Shown: positions 13,046-26,701, counted from the stretch's first letter. The stretch: DNA of 64,000 nt from Octopus sinensis (GCF_006345805.1 NC_043006.1:74648001-74712000); one strand, 5' to 3'. Notes: a model not told the origin generated them from the sequence alone. Translations and numbers: made by a program.

Positions 13046-13790
13046 CAGGGTGCGAGGGGTATTTAAGGACAGTTTTGGTATACAATAAAACAACTATATT
13101 TCAGCATAAATAAATATGTGTTTGAGTAAATATTTGAGCAATTAGTCTTGATAATGATTTGTTAAGCAAATAATACTTTGAAACCTCCTTCGGCTTCAAT
13201 GGCTGCTACAATGCGGGACCAAAACCGCTGGCATGCTGACATTATGGTTCTTATTCGTTTCGGACATCACCCGGACAATGGTGGCCTTCAGTGAAGCTAG
13301 GGTATTATGAGGATGACGATTAATCTCCCTTTCAGCAGCGCTCCACACGTAGTACGCCATGGGGTTCAAATCTGACGAGTTTGGAGACCACATGTTGGAT
13401 GTTACATATCGTAAAAATTGTCTGACAACCATTCTTGGGTTACTAAGGCTTTGTGAGAAGAGGTTGAATCTTGTTGAAACACGTATGGCCTTCCATTTCA
13501 TACTTCATAAATCCAGGGCTTGATAACAGTTTCCAGTACCTCAATGTATCCAGCTGCATTAATTCTAAGACGCTGTGTCAAACAGTGGGGAGGAATCACA
13601 TGACCTTCGCTACTCACCACTCCTAAAATCATCACAGTTGCTATAAATTTCGTGTGTATCACTCTGGGTACTTCAGAAGGATCTGCACATAACCACCTGT
13701 CATTTCTTCTGTTAGACTTTTGATCCTAGTCAAAGTTTTTCGTCAGAAAAAAAACACACCTTGTTCATAAGGGCTTTTCACTTTGTTAAG
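13046..13790 (-). mobile_element. Tc1/mariner maT-type (DD37D-like) transposase relic
   Basis: GRPYVFQQDSTSSHKA...WSPNSSDLNPMAYYVW; 37 residues between catalytic positions after repairing one frameshift; TA-CAGGGTG terminus at 13044-13052. Confidence 0.85.
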
Positions 13791-14133
13791 TAACCGTTTT
13801 GAACAGATGAGACAGTATTCCTGTATCTTTGCAGATACGAATTGGCCATCACTTTATCTTTATGTATGTATGTATGTATGTATGTATGTATGTATGTATG
13901 TATGTATGTATGTATGTATGTATGTATGTACGCATGTATGCATATATGTATATGTATACAATAAATTAGACAGAGAGATACAGTTGACAATCCAATAATA
14001 TATTTATATTATAATATAACATTATATTCTATGAATATAATATAATAAAAGATTACATGTGGTATTCAACTGTCGTACCAGTGAATTGGATGTTTTACAC
14101 ACCCCTTTGAAGGAATTTCCATAGTTTGTTACG

Positions 14134-14174
<41 letters not shown>

Positions 14175-14354
14175 AATATGTTGATAGAAATGGTAAGACA
14201 ACAAAAGAATGAAAGAGACCTCGATATTATGTAAATAGATGAATTTATCTGTAAATATATGTGACAATTATTCGGCAGGGAGTTTTATCATGGCTACCGA
14301 ATAATTGTCACATGTCATATTTAGAGAGGCATACAGACATACACACATACATGC

Positions 14355-14385
<31 letters not shown>

Positions 14386-14411
14386 ATATATTATATATAT
14401 ATATATATATA

Positions 14412-14469
<58 letters not shown>

Positions 14470-14550
14470 CATTTATATATACATACATATAAATATATAT
14501 ATATGTACATATGTATGTATGTATGTATGTATTATTATTATTATTGTTTA

Positions 14551-15003
14551 AGAGACCAACGCATGCCGTCAAAATAACACTAGGGTACAAATATACGAAA
14601 CCCAATGTACCCATCATGACTGCCTGTCTGATAAGAGTACACAGTACATGCATCACAACCACATATGCGTGGCATTTTCTTCACATTGAGAAGCCCATCC
14701 CGCTCCAAAGGTCCTTGAATAAGAGTTGTTTAAGGATGAGGAATGAAACACCCATGTCTCTTTCCAGGGATGAATTATTCCTCTCAACACATGACTATGA
14801 TACCCACCACTACCCTTACTCATGATCTGAGATGCGCATATTTTCAACCACTAAGGGACATGCTCAACTAGTTACGGTCAAACAACTAACAAGCAAATCT
14901 GTGGTATTGAGCTGAATATTTGCTGTAGCCCATCTTTTTATACCAAGACTAAACTTGTACATGATTACGCTTCCAATCAGTTAAGATCAGAAGCCATGGG
15001 AGC

Positions 15004-15005
<2 letters not shown>
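14551..15005 (-). mobile_element. Unclassified repeat family F, internally deleted copy, flanked by (ATT)n
   Basis: Reverse-complement homology to 58441-59003. Confidence 0.75.
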
Positions 15006-15066
<61 letters not shown>

Positions 15067-15089
15067 CATCATCATCATCATCATCATTG

Positions 15090-17065
15090 TATGTTATGAC
15101 TGGAGAAACCATACTACACATGCACTTATGATAAATTCATATACGGTTGGTGCCGAGAATCGCTTCGAAACATTGCAAATATTAGATATTGCCAAAAACG
15201 CCAACTTCATTTACAATAACATCATAAATACAAATTCAAAATGCAGCGTGAGTAAATATTTCAGAAGTAGAAAGAAAAACAGAAACGACAGCATTCTGTT
15301 AGAAAGCAAGGATATAATTAGGAAAAGAGAAGAATTGAAGGAAGCGTATAAAGCGACATATAAAATGTGTAAACGTACAAGAACTAACATGGGAAGGTAG
15401 GACAACACTTAGATGAAAGCAATAACAAGAATGTGAAGATTCTGTTCGTGATAAAATAGAAATACTTGCAATCTAAATTGTTGAAGAAAACCAACGACTT
15501 CTCACATCGTTAACTGTGAATGAAATAACAGGGAGAAAGAAAACCGATAAAAGAAATGATAAATGCAAACAATGTTAAAGATAGAATTAAATAAATGTAA
15601 AGAGTACTTCTCTAACTTATTTGGTCTGTCACCAAATATCACAGACAAACCTAACACTATTGTCAATGAAAGAAACCTTACCTGCAAATACAATTTACTT
15701 TCTCAAAGGAGAACTAAAGAACTGTGTCAACTTATTTTTAAAAGGCAAAGCATCTCATCTTAACCGTGTACAAGTGAAAGCAAGGAAAACAAGCACGCGC
15801 TTGGCGCCATTACTTGGTGTGTGTAACAAAACCTTACACCAGCACAAAGCTGATATTTGGGTTAAAAATGGTTTTGTACCAATCCCAAAGAATGCGGTCA
15901 TCGATTATTGTAACTAAAATCTACAGCAAAGTGTTGCTTTTAAGAATACACACCCATGTGGAAGATCTAATACTAATATTCAACTAAAATATCTTTTGCT
16001 CAAGAAGACCAAGCTTATCACAAATTCTTGCCAAACGAAGACTTATTAAAGGTATTTGGAGTCAGAGCAAAAAAATTGTTATGTTACTGGTAGATTTTAG
16101 CAAAATATTCGATGCAATCTAGCGAATCAAACTAATGCAGATTCTCAAGGCATGTGATATCATAAATGCAGCCAACTACATACTTTACACTCAGATTTTA
16201 TCACCTGATAGTGATACAGATACAGATTCCTTTGAGACTCGCTGGGGGTACTACAGGGTGACACTTATTTCTTTACTACCCACAAGGGGCTAAACACAGA
16301 AAGGAGAAAAAGGACAGACAAACGGATTAAGTCGATTATATCGACCCCAGTGCGTAACTGGTACTTAATGTATCGACCCCGAAAGGATGAAAGGCAAAGT
16401 CGACCTCGGCGGAATTTGAACTCAGAACGTAACGGCAGACGAAATACTGCTAAGCATTTCGCCCGGCGTGCAAACTATTCTGCCAGCTCGCCGCCTTCAG
16501 GGTGACACTCTTGTACCTTTCCTGTTCATTACAGCCTTGGACTTTTCATTACACATTGCAATATCAAATGCAGAGAAAAATAAGTTTCTAAATAGTTCCT
16601 AAAAAATATGTCAGTATAAAACGATTAATTGATGATACAGATTATATATATCATATTGTTCTTACTTCAAATACTATCAAGAAAACTCAAACAAATTGTT
16701 CAATGCAATTAGACTTCATATCCAAAGACTGAGTTTTATCATAAAAAAGTGCAAACTTGAAATGTGTAAATGACTTCAAATATCAAGCAAGCAATATGGA
16801 AAAAAATTTCAAAGAAAAACTGTAAAGTAAGAATTGAAGTGATTTGGTTAGCAGTGAATAAAATATTAGCTATGCGAAGTCAAATCAACTGGCTTGAAAC
16901 TATATTTTTTGTTTTAGATATGCTGTAGAAAGTATATTGATCAATGGGTCTGAACACTGGACAATTGGGAGTGTAAATGGAACATACAGCAGACTAAATG
17001 GAACATACACCAAGAATCTAAAGAATGTGAACAACGTTTCTTGGGAGCTATTTTAGAGGACGATG
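15090..17065 (+). mobile_element. Decayed RTE-like LINE (RT region)
   Basis: Frameshifted motifs V.AENRFETLQ, GFVPIPK, LLVDFSKIFD, GVLQGDTLVPFLFITALD and RLNGTYTK. Confidence 0.85.
16266..16497 (-). mobile_element. SINE A with 12-bp TSD inside the RTE-like RT
   Basis: TSD cagggtgacact at 16254-16265 and 16498-16509. Confidence 0.93.
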
Positions 17066-17124
17066 TATTCTTTTAGTGATACCTGGATTATATTTTACCT
17101 TTTCTATTAACTTTTACCTTTTTC

Positions 17125-17515
17125 AGTTATTATACAGCGACCATGCTGGGGCAATACTTTGAAGAGTTTATTCGAAGAAATTGAACCTAGTGTTAACTTT
17201 TTTTTAGTATGTTAGTTATTCTATCAGTCTCTTTGGGTGAACCGCTAAATAACGGAGTCGCAAACCAAACAACACTTGTTATTAAGTGGTGTGTGGGTAG
17301 AACAAGCAGAAACACAATTACACGTACTTACATATTTATACATATATATGACAACTTCTACACAGCTTCTGTTAACCAAATTCACTCACAAGTTCAGGCC
17401 GGGGCAATAGCAGAAGAAACTAGCCCATGATGCCGCACAGTGGGACTAAACCCAAAACAACGTGGTTGCCAAGCAATCTTTGTAATCACACAGCCATGTC
17501 TGCGCCTTACTACTG
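17125..17515 (-). mobile_element. Degenerate SINE C
   Basis: accatgctggggca... and gtgggactaaacccaaaac segments resemble family C. Confidence 0.6.
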
Positions 17516-17810
17516 CACATATGTACAATAATGTAATGGGGTAGGCGTCAAAAGTATCATAATGAATCAGGAAAATTTCCAAAGTACGGCATCTATACCA
17601 AAAACAAGCAAATTCGTGCCGTCATATTTAATGTAGCGAATACCAAATTATTGATTTATTATACATGGGTGTTAATAAGGAGAAACATTTGCTCATACTT
17701 TGAATGCCATATGATTCTATGTTCATTAATTAGGAAAAATATGGCAGCCATGATTTGAGAAAATTTGGCTGCTGTTTCTGTTCTTTCATCATCTCGTCTC
17801 TTTTATGTCT

Positions 17811-18195
17811 GAAGCACTCCGTCGGTTACGACGACGAGGGTTCCGGTTGATCCGATCAACGGAACAGCCTGCTCGTGAAATTAACGTGTAAGTGACTGAG
17901 CACTCCACAGACACGTGTGCCCTTAACGTAGTTCTCGGGGATATTCAGCGTGACACAGAGAGTGACAAGGCCGGCCCTTTGAAATACAGGTACAACAGAA
18001 ACAGGAAGTAAGAGTGGAGTGAGAGAAAGTTGTGGTGAAAGAGTACAGCAGGGATCACCACTATCCCCTGCCGGAGCCTCGTGGAGCTTTAGGTGTTTTC
18101 GCTCAATAAACACTCACAACGCCCGGTCTGGGAATCGAAACCGTGATCCTACGACCGCAAGTCCGCTGCCCTAACCACTGGGCCATTGCGCCTCC
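17811..18195 (-). mobile_element. SINE B
   Basis: Near-identical to 2957-3338; imperfect TSD around ttttatgt (17801-17808 and 18199-18206). Confidence 0.92.
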
Positions 18196-18678
18196 CTATT
18201 TTATGTACTTTCTGTTACAATCGCAACAATACAGTTGCAAATCAATTCTCAGAAAAAGAGACACCTAAAAATAACTTTCATAATAACATCAGGACAACTC
18301 TGTATTGACTTTATAGAATCGTTACTGTTCCCTTCCATTGTTGTTCACAGTATGTACATTGTTTGAGACGAACCATATCTCTAATTCTCAATCATTCTAA
18401 ACATTCCGGCGGGTAAATAGATTTTGTTTCATATATCTTATTAGCTTTTTAACTTGGATACATGCATAAAAGCGTCGTAAACACATTTGCTTCGCAAACA
18501 TCTGGTTCCGAGTTAGATTTGAACAAAGACCTATGAGAGGAATTTGAAGGACAGAAAACAAAAGGAACCCAATTAAGAACACAATACACACACGCACAGA
18601 TATTAATATTACTCTACCTCAGGCATTCTAGTACTATTCTTCCCTTCTCACCTTGTTTCACATTTATGTGCATACTCT

Positions 18679-18719
<41 letters not shown>

Positions 18720-18911
18720 TATATATACATATATATACATATACATATATATACATATAAATACATTTATATATACATATATACATATACATATATATAT
18801 ACATATATATATACATTTATATATATACATATATATATACATATATATATATATATTTATATATATACATATATATATACATTTATATATATACATATAT
18901 ATATATACATA

Positions 18912-19134
18912 CTCTCTTTTACTCTTTTACTTGTTTCAGTCATTTGACTGCGGCCATGCTGGAGCACCGCCTTTAGTCGAGCAAATCGATCCCGGGACTT
19001 ATTCTTTGTAAGCCCAGTACTTATTCTATCGGTCTCTTTTGCCGAACCGCTAAGTTACGGGGACGTAAACACACCAGCATCGGTTGTCAAGCGATGTTGG
19101 GGGGACAAACACAGGCACACACACACATACATAC

Positions 19135-19179
<45 letters not shown>

Positions 19180-19304
19180 GACAAGGCATTGGTCGGCCCG
19201 GGGCTATAGCAGAAGACACTTGCCCAAGATGCCACGCAGTGGGACTGAACCCGGAACCATGTGGTTGGTTAGCAAGGTACTTACCACACAGCCACTCCTG
19301 CGCC
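18912..19304 (-). mobile_element. SINE C with internal (TA)n/(CA)n
   Basis: Complete head and tail. Confidence 0.9.
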
Positions 19305-19327
19305 TATATACATTTATATATACATAT

Positions 19328-19361
<34 letters not shown>

Positions 19362-19435
19362 ATATATATATATATATAGATAGATACATTTATATATACA
19401 TATATATATATATATTATATATATATATATACCTT

Positions 19436-19474
<39 letters not shown>

Positions 19475-19619
19475 CTGTGTGTGTGTGCATGTCGGAAGGA
19501 CATAATCGTTGCACTGCACCCAAACGGCCGTGCGAACGTAGGAAAGATCCACGTACTCAAACTGAAATTTTTTAAGTATATTCCTAGCAAAGTAATGACC
19601 ACTTTGCTACAAATCTGCC

Positions 19620-20372
19620 ATTCGGATATTTGAACAAAGCTTAGATAACCAACATTCGAAGTTCTATCCCATCTCTTATTCTCCTCATTACATCATCGTA
19701 TTTCATCTTCGTGACTGAGAGCTCAAACATATCTTTAGGAGAAGAAATACCTCATTTATTTCGATTGCTTTCTCCTTTACTGTGTTCACTTATTGGAGCC
19801 TTCTTTTCTTCACTGTTTCTTCGGAGGTTCTCCATCTTTGTCCTTCCTCATTCAATTCTTCACAAGCAGATAAGTAATTCTGTTATTAGGGTGGCCTCGT
19901 AAACGTTCGCTTCTGGAAATGAGACTGAAGCTTGTTTCGCCGCCACTATTGAAGCTGCATTCGTTGATATGACTGACTGGCAACGATGTTGAATCCGCCA
20001 ATCATACCGTTCGATGGCTCAGATACTAGAAAAAAAAATCTAGCCTAGATAGTTGCCAAAGCTTCTATTAACGAATAGTTTGAGTGTAGAGGAAAGGTTC
20101 CACTGGTCTTTCCTGAGATAAAAAGAAATCAGTTACCGCCTGCTCTCTCCTCAATGAATTCTTCAAGTATTCCTGTTTCGGAGTCTTAAGAAGCGCAAAT
20201 TTTTCATGCTTCCATTTCGGCTAGATTTAATTCGAGTAGAACTGGTATAAGTGACAGTAGAGCTTCCATTGTGGAGGCATTTCTCGTTCGGCGATTTTGG
20301 TTTTTGCATAGGTTTCGATATTATTGTTTCCGCTGTTATAGTTGTTGTCGCTGAATGTGCATTCAGAACCAT
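19620..20372 (-). pseudogene. Decayed coding-like sequence, probably transposon-derived, unclassified
   Basis: ATG at 20372 in aaaATGg context; protein-like blocks across frameshifts (EPSNGMIGGFNIVA; ASIVAAKQASVSFPEANVYEA; YLSACEELNEEGQRWRTSEETVKK). Confidence 0.4.
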
Positions 20373-20949
20373 TTTAATTATTCTTTCTTAATAATATTTT
20401 TTCGTGTTCGAAATATGTATGTCTGGCTGCAAAACAAGTTTGTTTATTGCTTCTTGCTTTGTGTTCACTGAAATAAATGTTTGTTTTATCTTTTTTTTTT
20501 CTTTTTAGTGAGTGCATGTGTCGGGGGCGTGCTTTACTCACTTGCTGCTCACGTGCTGTTGTTATGAATCAAGTTGAATAAAAAAGAAGGACCAAGTGTT
20601 CGAATAAAATTCAAATAAAGTTACTATTTTTTTCGAGAAAAACGATTAAATAAAATTTACTTGCCTTTTTAAAAATTGTTACGCTAGTAAAAATATTAAT
20701 CCAATATATTATAAAAATATAAAAACAAAATCTTCGATAATGTATTAATATCCAGCGACGTCGCATTCGAGCCAAAAGAAAATAATTTTCTTTAGAATTC
20801 ATTTTTTGTATTTATTTTTCATAATGGAGCGAAATCTAATAAAAACTCGTTAGCTTTATGAACAGGCTTTTATGAACTGACTTGCGGTGGGGGGGGGGAT
20901 AGTTGGCTAGTCTTTGATTTGAGAAAAAGAATTCAAATAATTCAGTTTT

Positions 20950-22520
20950 CAGAGCCGAGATAATTCATTGGTACTCACCTTACGATGCTGTACGGCGATT
21001 GAACTTGCCTCTTCAGGCGCCAAGTTACCAATCTATTCGATTTGTTCGAATTAATATTGTCTCCTGGCACATATTCTTTAAGAACGATGTTAACTACTCC
21101 GACTTCCTTTATATCCACGACTGTTATGGTCGCATCGCCTACATATCCCAATACGGCTCTCCTGTGTACCAATTCGAACCAGATTCCTCTCAACAACACC
21201 AATTTCCGCAGGCACGAGGCTCGAAAGTGAGTAAATGAAGAAGAAAAAGAACACTTTTTATTAACTTATCGTGTGATTCAAAATTATTTCGATAGGTGGC
21301 CACTTAGTTTGACCGCTGAAAAGATGGTGAAAAGATGCTGGAGTACATTGAAGTGATCCAGCCCTTGAAAACTGAACAGAAATTTGCTGCTTTGAGGACA
21401 GCAAGTAACAATCGTAAGCAGTATCGATAGCTTTTGATTCATACAAATTGATTAGAAGCCCATGGCAACAGGTTTTAAACACCTATACGATGTATCGCAT
21501 GAGGTGTGGTAGTCGAGGATAGATCTGTCTAGGATTGTGTGGACCTGCGCTTTCACGACCAGATAGCCGGCAAGAAGTACCATCCTCTTTGCTAATGCCT
21601 CTATTAATATCTTAAATTTTGCCAGGAAATATGAATACTGCAGCTGGCAGCAGACGTCTATAAACATGTCTGCCATAATATAATATAAGTAAAAATGGCG
21701 GCGAGCTGGCAGAAACGTTAGCGCGCCGGGCGAAATGCTTAGCGGTATTTCGTCTGCGTTACGTTGTGAGTTCAAATTCCGCCGAGGTCGACTTTGCCTT
21801 TCATCCTTTCGGGGTCGATAAATTAAGTACCAGTTACGCACTGGGGTCGATGTAACGACTTAATACCTATGTCTGTCCTTGTTTGTCCCCTCTGTGTTTA
21901 GCCCCTTGTGGGTAATAAAGAAATAGGTATTTCGTCTGCCGCTACGTTCTGAGTTCAAATTCCGCCGAGGTCGACTTTGCCTTTCATCCTTTCGGGGTCG
22001 ATAAATAAAGTACCAGTTTCGCACTGGGGTCGATGTAATCGACTTAATCCATTTGTCTGTCCTTGTTTGTCCCCTCTATATTTAGCCCCTTGTGGGTAGT
22101 AAAGAAATATATAATATAAGTAAAACTCATATGAAATACCATTCAAACCATGCGATTCAACTCTCGTATGCGTCAACCACCAACTGTAACTCAGCTACTT
22201 TTATTAGTCTTTCGCAACACTCCGCGGCAAGAACAGCTGCAGGTCGACCAAGGTACGTTCTACAATCAATATTGTTTCAAGTTCACCCTTCAGTTGCGAA
22301 CAATTGAATAATGTTCGACTGGATCAATGTACACGTCTGGGTGGGATCGTTTGGCGAGCGCTTGTTCCAGTATGACAAATAGGGAATAGTGAATTTGTCA
22401 TTATGTCGCACCTCTGCTACTCGGACCCATCATACGCCTTCCGTTCCCACTCCCTTCTTCGAGTTATTCCGGATACTCGAAATCAATATATTTTCACTTG
22501 CTGGCGTTCTAACTGTATCA
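20950..22520 (-). mobile_element. Decayed L1/Tx1-like ORF2 (linker + RT), interrupted by a SINE dimer
   Basis: Motifs in the expected order: AAECCERLI, ESHGLNGISYEFY, KILIEALAKRM, PHLMRYIV, LINLYESKAID, SAVKLSGHLS, LRKLVLLRGI...GYVGDATITV...LKEY...INSNKS...TWR. Confidence 0.8.
21695..22108 (+). mobile_element. SINE A dimer with a single 17-bp TSD
   Basis: TSD atataatataagtaaaa at 21678-21694 and 22109-22125; junction aaagaaata|ggtatttcgtc. Confidence 0.93.
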
Positions 22521-22781
22521 TGGCCAGTCTTACCAATTACCTTAGTGTAGAACTTAACACAGATATCGACTACCGTAGTGAAAACTGTGTTGGAGTTTGT
22601 TGGTGGTAGACATGACGGGTATAGTGGTGATGGTTATTGAGAACTGCGAAAATTTAGCCGGCATGCAGTTGAGACGGTCACAACGGTATGTCGATGTTGT
22701 TGTTGTTGTTGGGTTTCTCATTGTAGTTTTTGGTAATGGTAGTGTAGTTTTCTCGCTATTATTGTAATATTTGTTGCTTGA

Positions 22782-23365
22782 AAGGCTGTGAGTCTGCAGA
22801 AAAGTTAGCATGCCGGGCGAAATGTTTTGCGGCATTTCGTCTGCCTTTACGTTCTGAGTTCAAATTCCACCGAGGTCGACTTTGCCTTTCATCCTTTCGG
22901 GGTCGATTAAATAAGTACAAGTTACGCACTGGAGTCGATATAATCGACTTAATCCGTTTGTCTGTCCTTGTTTGTCCTCTCTGTGTTTAACCCTTTGTGT
23001 GTAGTAAAGAAATAGGTATTTCTTCTGCCGTTACGTTCTGAGTTCAAATTCCGCCGAGGTCGACTTTGCCTTTCATCCTTTCGGGGTCGATTAAATAAGC
23101 ACCAGTTACGCACTGGGGTCGATATAATCGACTTAATCCGTTTATCTGTCCTTGTTTGTCCTCTGTGTTTAGCCCCTTGTGGGTAGTAAAGAAATAGGTA
23201 TTTCGTCTATCTTTATGTTCTGAGTTCAAATTCCACTAAGGTTGACTTTGCCTTTCATCCTTTCGGGTTCGATAAATTAAGTACCAGTTGCACACTGGGG
23301 TCGATCTAATCGACAAGACCCCTCCTCAAAAATTTCTGGCCTTGTGCCTAGAGTAGAAAAGAATT
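22782..23365 (+). mobile_element. SINE A trimer (two Tx1-like tails, then the agtagaaaagaat tail) with 12-bp TSD
   Basis: TSD tttgttgcttga at 22770-22781 and 23366-23377. Confidence 0.92.
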
Positions 23366-23956
23366 TTTGTTGCTTGAGCTGTCTTGTTACTGATTTTAAC
23401 AGATTGCTCTTTTAATGTTGAGTACGTTGTTGTTGTTCTTGCGTTTCTTCAGCCTCGGTATTGTGATTGTTGTGGCTGTTGGTTGTTTTTGATTTTGTAT
23501 CGATTTGCTGCTGCAGTCGCTGCTGTTGCTACTGCTGCCGTTGGCATCGCGTCCCTCTTTCTCAGCCTTGTCTACGGGAGCAGCATTGGAAGTGTTATTA
23601 ACACTTGCATCGTTGACTGAAAGAGATCCAAAGTCATTAAGAGTGAAAAATGGAAACTCTTACCCCCGCCGCTGGCAAACTAGAAAAAAGTTATTAAGAG
23701 TAAAATAATTAAACGTTCTTTCTCTTAAGACATTCTCTTGTTTGCTTGACTGGCTTTTCTTAATCATACTCTTTACCGTTTGGTACGTATGTACCAATGC
23801 GGCACGAAACAAAGAGACAGATCAGGTCCTGGGGTTATACTTCGTTCCGTAATGAAATAAAACTCATCTCAAAAACAAATCCGAAAACGGGAAAACTATC
23901 GACAGATTGCCTTCACCTCACAGAGCTCAAAATATAACGCCAGAAACAAAACAAAG

Positions 23957-24345
23957 GTGGTGGTGGTGGTGGTGGTGGTGGTGGTGGTGGTGGTGGTGAT
24001 GGTGGTATTGGTGGTGGTGGTGATGGTGGTATTGATGGTAGTGGTGGTGGTGGTAGTGGTGGTGGTGGTGCTGGTGGTAGTGGCGGTGGCGGTGGTGGTG
24101 GTGGTGCTGCTGCTACTGCTGCTGGTGCTGCTACTGGTGCTGGTGGTGGTGGTGCTGGTGTTGGTGGTGCTGGTGCTGATGCTGGTATGGTGGTGGTGGT
24201 GGTGGAAGTGGTAGAACCCTTAGTAGTAGTAGCAGCAGTAGTAGCAGTAGTAGTAGTAGTAGTAGTATAGTAGTAGTAGTAGTATAGTAGTAGTAGTAGT
24301 AGTAGTAGTTGATGTTGTTGCGGTGGTGGTGGTGGTGGTGGTGGA
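23957..24345. repeat. (GGT)n/(GCT)n/(AGT)n array
   Basis: Read directly from the sequence. Confidence 0.95.
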
Positions 24346-24349
24346 TGCT

Positions 24350-24620
24350 AATAGTCTGGTTTATAGTTTTCCACCTTTTCACAACCATATAACAACATTT
24401 ATCCTGACCAAACTCCACCCCTAATACGTTGAGCGTGCTGTAACTAGGTCAAGGCTCTTTTTCATCTCATGCATATTCTTTGCATAAAGTCTTAAGTCAT
24501 CCACAAAGAAACAGTGTGTCATTTTGGTATTTCTGTTTCCTTGTGAACCAGTGAGATATCCTTCAAACTTCCTTAACATGAATGACAAGGGGTTTACAGA
24601 AAGAATAAACATCACAGAGA
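24350..24620 (-). mobile_element. R4/Dong-like RT fragment
   Basis: FILSVNPLSFML...THCFFVDDLRLYAK and MEFGQDKC. Confidence 0.8.
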
Positions 24621-24939
24621 GACTATCTACATAGAATATACCTTTGCAATATTGTATTCTATTGGTGACAATACAGTCACTCTTAGTGGCCCACGATGAA
24701 GTCAGGTTAGCTAAAGGCTTTGACTATTCTCACTGGAACTTTAGCAAGTTGAAGGGATTCTAGCATCCATGAGTGGGAAACAGAGTCAAAGGCTTCCTTG
24801 TAGTCCAGCCCCATTGAAACTAGGTTCCTCCTATGCTCTCGCACCTCTGACATCACAGTTTTGTTGATTAGCAATCGCATCTATGTATGCATGCATGTAA
24901 GTGCATGTATGCATGTATGTGTATGTGCGCGTATGTATA

Positions 24940-25910
24940 TATGTATATGTGTACGTTTGTATGTAAGTATTCTGCATATTCATATGTTTGTATGTTTGTT
25001 TGTTGTGTGTGTGTGTGTGTGTTTTGCATATGTATGTGTACCTCTGTCTCCTTGTGTGTGCATCTCTGAGTATGTCTGTGTGCGTATGGATTTTTGTGAC
25101 TATGTACTGTGTGTGTATAGGTTTTTGTGACTATGTACTGTCTGTATGTGTGGACGTGTGTCTCCATATGTGTCCTTGTGTGAAGTGAAGTGTGTGTGTA
25201 TATGATCATGTGTTTCAGTCTTCATTTGCGTATGTGTGCGCTTGTCTGTTCATATTACCTATGTACCTGTCCGTCTGTACGTCTATCTGTTTACTTTCAG
25301 ATCCATATGCCTACATACATGTGCATATACATATACATACACACACACACACACACACACATACATATATCTATCTACATAACAGCTTACGAACTATTCT
25401 ACCTGTATATAAATATAAACTGTAGGTATGGGGATATCATTACCTACTACATATATTTCCTATTTAGTACTGGGGATGTTTCATTTATGAGGACGTACTC
25501 TTGTATTTGTCTGAGTGTTGGGTCCTTCGGGTGCTTGGATAATATGTATATGTATATGCACATGTATGTAGGCAAATGGATATGAAAGTAAACAGATAGA
25601 CATACAGACGGATAGGTACATAGGTAAAATGAACAGACAAGCACACATACATGCATACGCAAATGAAGACTGAAACACATGACCATATACACACATACTT
25701 CTCTTTACACATGGACACATATGGAGACGCACGTCCACACATATGGAGATACACATCCGTACATACAGACATAGTACATAATCACAAAAACCCATACACA
25801 CACAGACACACTCAGACATGGACACGCAAGGAGACAGAGGTACACACACACACACACATACAAACACATGAATATGCAGAATACATACATACAAACTTAC
25901 ATGCATACAT
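24940..25910. repeat. Imperfect inverted duplication, arms about 370-400 bp
   Basis: About 24940-25340 is the reverse complement of about 25545-25910, including non-microsatellite words such as cagtcttcatttgcgtatg / catacgcaaatgaagactg. Confidence 0.85.
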
Positions 25911-26183
25911 GTGTATGCGCACACACACTGACCCACATACATGCGCATAAACAAAAGGAACGCAACTTGAATAACGGACAGAGTTAACAACTTTTGAAAA
26001 GGTTACAAGACGAAACGAAAATTTTAGAAAAATAAATAAATGAGTGGAAATTTTACCGGTGAGTGCGTTAAATAATGAGACACTGAAAGAGAATCACTCT
26101 CCCCAGACACAACAGAATATTCTTAACACACGAACTCACATAAAGGCTCTTGAAAACCAATTCAAAAACGAAATATGTATGTA

Positions 26184-26231
<48 letters not shown>

Positions 26232-26240
26232 ATATATATA

Positions 26241-26434
26241 ATAAATATTAGGGAATAAATCCAAATTTACAGGGAAAAATCAGATTTAGGATTAAATCCA
26301 ATTTTATAGTAAAATATTATATAATATAATTCGAGACAAAACCACTATTTTGCAAAACAAACAAGGAAAGACTTAATTTTGATTAAGTCTTTCCTTGTTT
26401 GTTTTGCAAAATAGTGGTTTGTCTCGAATTATAT

Positions 26435-26438
<4 letters not shown>
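26241..26438 (-). mobile_element. Palindrome+tail element in (TA)n, family P1, short form
   Basis: Hairpin 26320-26438 plus a unique 79 bp; both parts match 60907-61341. Confidence 0.85.
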
Positions 26439-26517
<79 letters not shown>

Positions 26518-26528
26518 ATATATATAAT

Positions 26529-26573
<45 letters not shown>

Positions 26574-26576
26574 GTA

Positions 26577-26613
<37 letters not shown>

Positions 26614-26629
26614 ATTTATATATATGTAA

Positions 26630-26701
<72 letters not shown>

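Noticed and set aside
18397-18530. Minus-strand acceptor followed by a 44-aa frame (GLCSNLTRNQMFAK...)
   Set aside because: Only a good polypyrimidine tract supports it; there is no partner exon or recognisable homology.
20953-21226. Plus-strand exon-like segment with good acceptor and donor (AEIIHWYSPY...ARGSK)
   Set aside because: It is the codon-aligned antisense of the decayed Tx1-like RT, whose motifs run in order on the minus strand.
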